Below, piece by piece: positions 29,701 to 41,700 of a DNA stretch of 64,000 nt. The number at the start of each line of letters is the position of its first letter. Positions within the stretch are counted from its first letter, which is position 1. The translations under genes and the position numbers were made by a program. Source of the DNA: a virus (Duplodnaviria; Caudoviricetes); IMG/VR virus record IMGVR_UViG_3300031867_000002, positions 160,633 through 224,632 of that record; one strand, written 5' to 3'. Under the pieces are notes generated by a model, which ran no database searches, had not been told where the DNA came from, and saw only the letters and a list, made by a program, of their open reading frames with translations.

Positions 29701-32700
29701 CTCATCTACTAATAAATCTAACATGTATAAAGGTGGATTAAACCGTGGAACAAAATTATCATCAGAACAAATTGAAGCTAAAAAACAAGAATTACGTGAT
29801 AAAATAAAAAGTAAGAATCATGCAAATGTAAATGATATTATGGAATCATATTATCAAGGAAGTAATTTATTGAGTGGTAATGATACGCATAGTTTTAACC
29901 CATCTGATAATATAAGAACAAAAATACAAAATTTAAGAATTAGTACTATATCTCTTGAAACTGAAAAGAAAAACTTAAAAAAAGATATAAAGGAAATTGA
30001 ATTTAGAGTTAGTACTTATAATCATTATAAAAATAATCCATCACTACAAGAATTATTAGATGAGTTAACAACTAAAAAGAATAGACTTGTAGAAATAGAT
30101 ATAGAAATAAAGCACAACAGCAGTGCTATGAAAAAACTTAATTTAAAATTAAAAAAACTTCCTAATATGGCAGCGGGTGGTGTTAATAGAACTGGTCGTC
30201 CATTCCAGTCTGTACTTTCTGCAGGTGAGTATCTTAATGGCTCTAAGATTGGTCAGACAGGTATCTATACTATTCCTAAGGGTGGTGTAGTTTATAACCC
30301 AGCTCCTGCATCTGTAAGAAATATTCAAGCTCGTAATGAAAAGGCTTTTGTTAGAGGTCTTAGATATAATGCTGAAGCTAATGATGATTTAACACCTACA
30401 AATAAAAATAAGAAAAAAGAACTTACCGAAGAAGAGAAAATAGAACATCAAAAGTTAGATGCTGAAGCTAAAACAAGAATTGAACAGGTTGATATTAATA
30501 AACTTACTGATTGGTCAACTCTTGAAGATGATAAACAAAGAGCTGCTTTCTTAGGTAATATGGCATCTAGAGGTGCATTAGGTGGCGTAGCTGGCTTATT
30601 AGTTGGCGGTCCATTACTTGGTGCAGCAGTAGGCGCTGCTTCTACTTTAACCAAATCTACTGGTTCTTTTGCTAGCTTCTTATTTGGTGATGTAGAAAAG
30701 GATAAGAAAACTGGTGAAATCATTGTTGATTCTGATGGTAATCCTAAGAGAAAAGACACTGGTTTAATTTCTAAAGAACTTCAAAAAGCTGCTCCTGATA
30801 TGGCTAAGGGTGGTATGGCTGGTATGGCAGCTGGATTATTAACTCCTCTTGGTCCATTAGGTGGTTTATTAATCGGTACAGGTTTAGGATTCGCAAAGAA
30901 TTCTGAAATCTTCCAAGGCTCACTCTTTGGTGAGGGTGGTATATTCTCTGATGAGAATGTAGATAAACTCAAGAAGGGTGCTAAGAATATGGGAATTGGT
31001 GCGGCTACAGCAGCATTATTCCTTCCTGGTCCATTTGGTCTTGTTGGTAGTGCACTTATTGGTGCTACTGCGGGTTATGCTACTTCTACAGACAAATTCA
31101 AAGATTTCTTACTTGGCGAAGAAGGAGAAGATGGTAAACGTAGAGGTGGTGTTCGTGGAGCATTAACTGATAATGTAGTTAAACCATTAAAAGGTTTTGG
31201 ACAAACAATCATAGAAAAAACTATGGATGAAATCTTTGGTAAGAAAAATGGTGAAGGAGAAGATGCTAAAAGAGAAGGAGGATTATTTGGAGCTATTAGA
31301 GAAAATGTAATAACTCCTATGACTTCTGGTGCTCAATCTATCTTTAAAGAAATCACTAACAGTGTTGTAGATATTAAAGATTTCACAGTAGATATGATGA
31401 GAAAAATTAAAGCTAATGCGGCTGGTAATGATTTTCTAGGCGGTGTTTGGGAAAAAGCTACTAAAATTAGTGGTGGAGTTATTGGAGCTGCAGGTAAAGT
31501 TGGTCGTGCTGCAACTAAACCTTTTAGACTTTTAGGTGATGAAGGTATTGGTGGTAGACTAAAGGCTAAACGTATCAGAAGCGGTAGAGCAGATGATATG
31601 ACAGCTAGAGAAAGATTGGCTGCACGTGGTAGTTTAGGTATGGCCAAAACAGACCAGTGGAGCGATATAGATGAGTATTTAGCTGATGGTACTAGTGGTG
31701 ATATCGAATCTCTATTAAATATTCTTTCTTATGATGATAATGAAAAGAGTATTGATAAATTTAAAAATAATGCTTATGTCACATTAGGACAAGAGCTTAG
31801 AAATAATATTAATAGAAAAGATGCTGGTAAGATTATTAAGATGCTCAAAGAAGGAAGAGAGAAAGATGTTGAGCGTTTCTTAAATACTCGTAAATATGAT
31901 GATGCTACTAAGAGTGCTGTCATGAAAGAATTGAAAATCCATAAAGGTAAACTTGATAAAGCTTCTAAAGATTATCAAGATATAAAAGATTCTGGTAAGA
32001 CAGTTCAACAATATCTATTATCTAAAGGCATCAATGTAGATATAAATGATAAGAAAGCTGTTAGAAATCTTAAACTTATGGCTAATCGTGAATTAGCACA
32101 TAAAGAAGTAGGATTAACTGATGAAGAAGTAGCATTTGAAGCAGAGAAAGCATTTTGGAAAGGAAAAGATTCTCCTCTTGAAACTGTTAATACAGCTGCT
32201 AAGAAAATGGAAGAGATGTTAGAAAATATTCACTATGATTTAACAATCGGAAATAACTACGATAAATTATCTTCAGAAGAGCAAGCTAAATACGGTTCTA
32301 GAGAAGCATATATTAAATCTATTAAAGATGCTAAATCTCAGAAAGCTATTAAAGAAAATGCTGCTAATGGTGGATATGTTATTGGTAAGAATAATAAGAT
32401 TGGTTCAATAAATACTGGTTCTATTAAAGCAGGTGACTTTATTACTAACGACTTATGGAACGATTATGCTCCTATGTACACTGGTGACCTTAAAGGTTAT
32501 CTAGCTGCTGATAATAGAATGGATAGTGTTCTTAATAAAGAGATTGAAGAGATAATTGATACAGCATGTCAGATGTTTGATGGATTAGCATTAAAAGAAC
32601 TTTGCGTTCCCGAGAGAATTCAAGATGACGTTCAGAAGTATGTACAAAAGACAGTAAATAAAGAAAAATGTACTGAAGAAGAAGCTATCAAAAAGATTAA

Positions 32701-35700
32701 GACAATGAGACGTAAGATTATTATCTCTCGTGGAGAAACAAATTATGTATTCGAAATGTCTTATACTTTAGATGGTACTACAGTAAATCCAAATAAACGC
32801 CAACCTAATTCATATGATGCAGCTAAACGTCAATTTATAGAGGATTATCTAGCTGACCATAGACCGAAGAGTATAGAAGATAGTTATATGTCTTTCGGTG
32901 ATATGATATCTAAGTCTCTTAAACTCGGTGTATATATGAATCCAATAAATATACCTATACTAGATAGTATGCCTTGGTTTACTGGTATTCATTCATCATT
33001 TGTAAAAGATACTATTAATAAACGTGGTAAAGAAATTGTTGGTGGAGTTATAAAAGGAATAAAGAAGATTGGTTTTGAAGCTGGTCTCGCTTTAGGTGAC
33101 CATAATATCAATGATAATTCTTTTATCCAAAGACTTAATAATTATCAATATGAACAAGAAGCTGAAAAAGAATGGGTTAAAGAAGTAGATTCTTATCAAC
33201 GTGCATTAGAAAAGATGAAAACTATCAATACTCAATCTGAAGAAGTACAAGCTAAACTAAAAGAAGAGTTAGATGATAAGTTTTATTTTCTTGATGGTAT
33301 TACTAAAAAGCTTGATTTAGGTGTTGATAGATTTAGTGCTTGTACTAAAGAAGAACAAGAGAAAGTTCATAAAGAATTCGTATCTCTTTATATTCAAGCC
33401 AAGAAAGATAATCAAGTATTTGGTAGAGGTCTTATTGGTGGTATCAAGCAAATTGGTAAACGTATAGCTAAAGGTAAATTAGGTCAAGCCGTAAAATTTA
33501 TTTCTGGTTCTGCCAAAATACTTTTTAAAGATAATGCAGAAGGAACTAAAGAAGAAAGAATGAAAAAACTTAGAGAAAATCTAAAGAAGAAGGCTGAATA
33601 TGCTTGGTCTAAAATGTTTAAACCTAATCCAGATAATAATAAAAAGCCTGAAGCTGGTCCTGAATTACAAAAACTTGTAAAAGAACTTTATAAGGATAAA
33701 CATGGAGAAGATGTCCTCTGGAATGACTTAACAGAAGCAGAACAAGATGCTATACATGCTGTATTCATAGAAAGATTCATTGATGGTAGATATCAAAAGC
33801 TTATGAATAATATCTCTGATAATATTAAAGCTGGATTTATATCTAAAATTCAAGGATTCTCCAATAATATAGGAATGGGAATTAGAACAGCTGGTGCTAA
33901 AGTAGCTGATGCTGCTAATAGTGTTAAGGAATGGGCTAAGAAAAAAGCATCTAATGCTAAGAGAGATAAAGTTATATCTCTTGCTATTAAAAATAAAGAT
34001 GAACGTCTTGATGAAATAGCTATCGAATTATATGGTAAAAAATATAATGAATTGACAGATGCTAAAGAACAGAATAAAGTCAATGATAGATTCTATGCTA
34101 GATATGGATACGGTAAGCGTGGTGCTATTGCAGAGACATTTATGAGAGGTGCTATTAAAAAAGTAGTAGGTTCTGATAAATATAAATCTGTTACTGGTAC
34201 TCTTAAGTCTGGTATTAGAAATGCTACTACAGGTAAACTTGATGCAGTAAGAGCATGGAAAGCAAAGAATCAAGAACAAGATACTCTTATCGGTAAATTC
34301 TTTGACAGAATGGATGCAAGACAATTAAGAAAAGATAAAGAGAATTTTGAAGGTAAGAAGGATTCTAAGATTGGTAAAATTATCAAATGGCTCTTTATTG
34401 GTGGTATATTTGTTCCACTAGTAGTAGGATTTCTTAAAGAAGATGTATTACCAGCAATTCGTGAAAAAGTTAAGCCATGGCTTGCTAAAGCTAAAGATAA
34501 AATCTTTGGTGTTAAAGATGAAACTACTGGTGAATATAAAGGTGGTATAATTTCTGGTATTGTTAATCCTATTAGAAACTTCTTTAAAACTAAATTCGAG
34601 AAGGTTCATAATTGGATTCATAATGAAGGAGAATTTAATGCTAAAGATAGAGGTCTTAGTGGATTCTGGAATAGTTTAACTAAAGTAGGAGCTCATATAG
34701 TAGAACTCTGGAAAACTGGATTTACTACAGTATATGGTGACTTTGTTCCAAAACTTCTAGAAAAAGTCGGAAAATCTATGATACCTGCATTTGCTGCTGT
34801 ATTAAGAGGACTTGGTTCCTATATTAAAGATGTAATAGAAGGAAAACAAGGTGCTATGGAAATACCAGGATTTTCTGAAAGTCAAGATATTTCTACACCA
34901 GAAACTACTACAGATATTCCTAATACTGTAGGAGGAAATATTCAAGTTAAGTCTCCTGGATATAAAGGTAGTGTACAGTTTGGTGATGGAACTAGTGCTA
35001 GTGGTAATAAATTAAATTCTACAGCTAATTCTGACGGTTCTAAGACTATTACAAATGAATCTACTGGTAAATCTGTAACTTCTAAAACAACTGGAGATTA
35101 TTATTTTGCTGGTAAGAATTCTAATGGACAAAATATATATAAAGATAGCAAAACTAATAAAGCATATATTTCTGATGGTAATGGGGGTTATGTTCCGATT
35201 AGTGATTATCAAGAAGTATATGATGAATCTCTTGCCAACAATGAAGCATTCCAACATCAAAAAGAATTAGAAAATGCTAACGCTTTACAAGCAGATTATA
35301 CTGGTCGTTCAGCAAAAAGTGTAATTGCTGGAAATGCTGCTAGAATATTAACCAGGTCTGGTAATATGGTGGTTCTTAATGGAGCACAAGGAACTAAAGC
35401 CCTGAGCACTGCATCTAGATTACTAGCTGCTCCATTTAAAGCTATTGGTCATATTCCGAAAGGTGGACTTATTGGTAAACTTGGTAGCGGTATTGTTAAA
35501 GTAGGTGAAGGATTAACTAAACCAGCAGCTTGGTTACATGGTAAAACAATGAACTTAGCTGGTACTCTTGGTGATAAAGTTACTGGTGGCACTTTCTCTA
35601 GAATTGGTCAAAAAGTAGTAGATAAAGAAACTGCTGCAGCAGCTAAGATTGCAGAAAAGAATGCATTAAAAGCTGCAGAAGCTGAGGCAAAAGTTACTAA

Positions 35701-38700
35701 AAATGCAGCCAAGAAAGCATTTAAAGCTGATAAACTAGCACAAAAAGTAGCATCTGGAGAAGCTAATTTCTTTGAAAAAGCTATTGCATTTATTCAGAAA
35801 TCTATAAATTCTATTAAAGACAAAATAGCAAAAGTATTAAAGAATGAAAAAATTGCTAAGATATTTGGTAAAGGTGTAAAAGATAATGCAGATGAAATTG
35901 CAGAAAATCTAGCTAAAGATACAGCAGACACATTAGCTAGAAATTCTGATGATATTGCTAAGAAAGGTGCAACAGTTGCAGCAAAAGGTGCAGCTAAAGT
36001 ATTGTCTGTTGTCATGATGGTAGCAGACTTCCTTTTAGGTGTAGACAACTGTAGAAATCTTTTGGGTATAGTAAGTCCTAAGCCAACATTTGTAGAAAGA
36101 CTTACAGGCGGTCTTATTAATATAATTCCTGATGTTATTATGACTGCCGCTGAGGCAATTACCGCTGCATCATTTGGTGGAGCAGCTGTAGTTGGTGGTA
36201 TATTAGCAGCTCTTAGTATAATTGCAACTCTCGTTATTTCTTGGGATAGTCTAAGAGATTCTATTGTAGGAACTATTGTAAATGTATTAGATAAAATTCC
36301 TGGTATTGATATGTCTAAACTTAAGAAAGAAAGAGCTGATGCTAAAGCAGCTGTTGAAGCTTATAATACTAAGAACAATACAAATCTTAATATTGAAGAG
36401 TATAATAATTTAATAGGCAATAAGACTGTAGCTTCTAAAATAGGTGATAGTGCTAAGAATACATGGTCGGCTATGTTTGGTTATGATTCTGCTACTAAGA
36501 ATACTGTTTTAGAAAAGACAGCCAATCTTGAATCTAAAGGAAAAAGTGATAAAGTCAGAAAAGCATTGGCTACTATATTCTCATCCATTTGGCAAAACTT
36601 TGGCAAAGAAGACTTTAACTTCAATACACAATATGATGAAGATGGGAATGAATTAAAAGGAAAAGAAAAACTAAACGCATCTAAATCTAAATTTAATGAA
36701 GCATCTACAAAGATTATTAGTAACCTTAATAATATATTAGTAAGTGAAGACGAATATATCATCAATAAAGTATTAAGTAATTGCTATGACTTTACTGGTC
36801 CTTGGGATGCTACTCATCATCTTAAACAAGTATTTAAATCTGGTAGAGATAATCCAGAAACGCAATTTACTGCAGCAAATGAAAGTCAAATGAACTGGCC
36901 TAGAATCAGGTCTATAGCTGGTGTACTAGCTATAATTAACGAAATCTTTGAACCATGTAATAAAGTTCAAGAAGTTGGCAATGCAGTAGTAATGGTACTT
37001 CTCGAAATGTATTTCACTAAAGAAGAAATAGGAGAAGAAACATTTAAACAAATTGATGACTATAATAATGGTAAATATAATTTAGATGCATCTCAATATA
37101 CTGGAACAGAAACTGGTGATAATACAGATTCTGAATCTGGTGAACAAGTAGCTACAAACGCAAATGCTAATAATAAACTTAGTCCATTACCCACAAAGAA
37201 AGATCCATTAATGGCTGGTTTAGAAAAAGGAATGAGTTGGTTAAAAGATAGTCCTTTAGAAAAGATAGGCATATACTTTGGCAATTTAATTAATGACGCA
37301 GTAAAGAGAATGACTGGTGGGTTTGAAGGAATTGAACAGTTCTTTAGAGGTCTATCTGGTAAGAACTCTTCCGTTAATAGAGGAATTGATGAATTGTCTA
37401 TTCTACCTACCGATAAGAATTATTGGAAGATTGAACTTGATAAAAAGAATCCATTTATGAGTGGTCTATTCAACTTTGTAGAATCTATGAACAGAGTTGT
37501 TAAAGCACCATTCGCATTGGCTGCAGCTTCTCTTACTGCAGGTATGAGTGCTGTACAACAGAGTGGTTCAACAACTAATAATTCGACTACTACAATAATC
37601 AATAATTCTAGTAGTAGCGGTAGCACAGGTAGCACATCAACTACTACTGGAGCTTCTGGCTCTACAGGCGGTACTACATCAACTACTACAACTACATCTG
37701 GTGGATTATGGCAAGGTATCAAGAATACTGCTTCTAAGTTATGGAATGGATTTAAAGGTCTATTCGGTAAAGGAAGAGATGGTTCTGACAATTCTGGTTA
37801 TGGAGACGACCCATATCATATCTATCAGAGAGCTTATTCTGGTTCTTATAGAACTGCAGGGGATTCTGAAAGCCAAACTATCGCAGATTCTGGTTGTGGT
37901 CCTGCATCAGCAGCATCTGTACTTAGAATGTACGGTAAGAAAGGTGATATGCGTAATGCTGTTAACTATGCACTTAGTAATAAGTACAAAGAAGTTAATG
38001 GCGGTACTTATCCTGAATACTTTAATTCTTATCTCAATAAGAATGGTATTAAGACTAATTCTAATGCTAATAATACTGATGTAGTAAATAGCCTTGCTCA
38101 AGGTAAACCTGTTATCTTAATGGGTAGAGATAGTCAGAATAGTGGTAGAACTCCATATGGTTCTAAATATTCTCACTATGTAGTAGCTAGAGGACTTGAT
38201 AAGAATGGTAATGTAATAGTAGAAGATTCAGAAGATAAGCGTGGTAATACACGTTATAATCTTGCTGATACTCTGCGAAATTCTACTGTAAGAATTACTA
38301 CAGGTAGAGGTTATGGTAGAGCTAATGAATCGCTTGCTAATAGATATATCTCTGGTGTATCTGGCGTAACAGCAGCATCTATTAGTAATATCGTAGCTAA
38401 TACTGCTAATGCATTATCTGGTATTAAGGTTGTTAATAGTACTGCAACAGCTACTACTCCAACTAATAATACGACTAATACAGCTTCTACAAATGGAGTT
38501 GCAGGTAGTATTACTCCAGATACAGATGTAAAAACTAAATGTGGATATACAGAAGAACAACTTAAAAATGCTATTAGTGCTGTAAATAATGGTTGTTCTG
38601 CTGAAGCATTCCCTAAAGAAGCTATTGCTGTAGAAAATTCTTATGGTGTAAACGCATTATTTACATGTGCTGTTGCTATTCTAGAACATGGATGGGATGG

Positions 38701-41700
38701 TACTATAGGTATTAATACAACTGGTGCTAACTGGGGTAACTATAATCCATTTAACATACAAGGTAGCCCTAATTCTTCTAACGGTAGATGGAAAGACTTT
38801 ACTAGTCTTACAGATGCTTTCGATAGTTTTGGTAAACTTATTACTGGTAGTACCTATTATGGTGCAGGATTAACAACTCCTAAACTTATAGGTCCAACAT
38901 ATTGTAATGATAAATGGCCAGGACAAGTATGCGAAATAGCTGATATGATTGTTAAACACATCGGCGGTTCTGGTAGAGGTAAAAGTCTATTTAGTACTAT
39001 AACAAATAAATTCTTGAAAAACGTAAAGAATACAATTGCATATTCAGCAACTAATAATGTACTTAATTTACTTAAGGGTAATAAATCTACAACAGTTTCT
39101 AATTCTACCAATAACAATACATCTCAAACATCTACTAGTGGTGCTGTAGTTCAGGGACAAAAATATGATTTGACAGATGAACAACTTCGTGTTCTCACAT
39201 CAATGTGTATAGGAGAACAAGGTGAAGAAAAAGAAGGTATTGAATTTGAAGCATCATTAATGTGCAACTTGTTTGAGTATAAAAAATATTATAATGCTAC
39301 AAAAAAAACCAATCTATATGATTACGTTATTAATGGTGGATGGTTTGCTGGTGGTAATACAAATCATACAACAACCGACGAACAAAAAGAATGGGTTAAA
39401 AATGTTATATGTAATGGTAATCGTATAATTCCATTGTGTATTGTAGAGCATGACTATATTGGTGACCTTGTAAAAATAGAAGGACCAGGTACTCTATCTG
39501 ATAAATCTACCTTTGTTCCAAATCAAACAAAAGTAACTAATCAATGGGGTGGTACCTGGACATTCTGGGCATTTCCTGGAAATAACCCTAAAAAAGACCC
39601 ATTTGGATATACAGATAAGTCTATTAAAATGTGTGGAGGTCAAATCCCTGACCCTCCAGCAGGTTATACCCCTAATTCTAGTGGTTACGGTAGAGGTATT
39701 TTTGGTAGAGCTGAAGAAGAAGATAAATTTAATCCATTAAATTTGACAACAAACGATTTATTAAATTCCCCATCTGATGTAGTAAACTCTGGCAACTTTA
39801 GAAATTCTGGTGCTATTGAAAGAGCTAATAAATTAAAAGAATCTGGTCAAGACCCAAATACATTTGGTGATGTTACTAAAGTAGAAAATGACCTCAAAGA
39901 ACAACAAAAATTTGAAAATGTAACTAAAGTAAATACTCCATTAGAAAATGCTATTCAAAATTCTACTACTAATGCTTCTGGATTAATTCCAACAATGCAG
40001 AAGTATACGGGTGGTTTATTACAAGGCATATTCGGTCATTTCTATGATGCACTTTATGGTGCTGAATCCGATAGTGGAACAGTATCTTCAACATCCTCTG
40101 GTAGTACAGCTACAGCAGCGTATAACGGTAATGATGTTGTATATGCTGCAGCTATGGTATTCGAAGCTTTAGGAAAAGTACATCCTGAAGGAACTTATAA
40201 AGGTGGATTCTTTGATATTACATGTAGGGATGGTACAAAAATTGACCATGTACGTTGTGACTGTTCTGGTCTTATGACAGCCATTATTCAGTATATGGGT
40301 TATTATACTTACAAGAGTTCACAATCTGAATACACAGATTCTTATCATGGCGAAGGATTAAGCTCTTCTATGTCATTATCTGATATATATGATAAAGATG
40401 GTAATCCAGTTACAGATTGGGAAGAAATATCTAAATCTAATTGTACGGGTTCTAATGCAAAACCAGGTGATATTAGATTTGAATCTGGACATACGGACAT
40501 GTTTGTATGTTATAAGAGTGGTTCCGACTGGCCCAAAGGTTTCAATGCAGGTTCTACAAATGGTATTCTTGCATCTTATAAGGCAGCAGAAGCATTCTTT
40601 AATAATAATAATTCTTTCCCAATGGATGGAAGTGTCGGTGCATCTACTATTAGAGATGCTACATGTATAAGAGCATTTAGATTTAAAGGAAGAAGTGCAA
40701 GCGGTAGAGGTAAAAAAGCTGATAAAGCAGATTTGGCTAGATTAAATAGACGTATAAGACCAAAAAATTATATTCTCGATGAACAAGGTCGTAGAATGTA
40801 TCTTAGTGAATTACTAAGGAAAAAATATAGTTCTTTATCTAAGTTCGGTAAAGGTAAATTTGGTCGTGCTGAAGAAGAAGATAACACTACTCCAGATGAA
40901 ACTACATTTATCGGACCACAACTTCCAGCAGATAAGATTACTCCAGAAAATACTCCTGGTGTTTCTGAGAGTGATGTTGCTACTATGACTGCTACTACTG
41001 CTACTACTAATGATAAACTCTCTACAACAACAACTGATACTTCTACTACTAACGGTGTAGAACCTAAAGCTAAATCTTTAATCTCACTGTTAAAGAAATA
41101 TATCGGATTGAGTACTAATAGTGTAACTGGTCAAGATGACACTAATAATACAGTAGTAGCTGGTGCAAATGTTATGGGAGCTGCATCTGGTGGTGGTACT
41201 AAAGATAATCCAGTTAAAGGTATTGATATCAGTTATTGTGATAGCGAAAATATAGATTGGGATGCTTTAGCTAAGGAAATTTCTTTTGTAATTATTCGTA
41301 TAGGTTCTTCCCATAGTTCTAAAACTGATGCTAAAACTATGACTGATGAATTATTTGAATCTCACTATGAAAATGCTACTAAACGTGGATTAGCAGTCGG
41401 TGGTTATTTCTATTCATATGCTCCTAACGCAGAAGCAGCTGAACAAGAAGCAGAAAAATGCTTAGAGATTATTAAAGGTAAGTCATTCTCACTTCCTATC
41501 TATATTGATATAGAAGAAAAAAATAGTTGTTTAAGAACTAGAATAGCTGGTGAAGTAGCACAAGCATTTATGAATAAAGTAATAGCAGCTGGTTACGCAA
41601 CTGGTATTTATTGTAGTGCTAGTGCATTTAATCAAACTAACTTTAATTCTCCTCCTGGCTCTGGTGTACTTGATAATAGTAAATATTCAATCTGGGTTGC

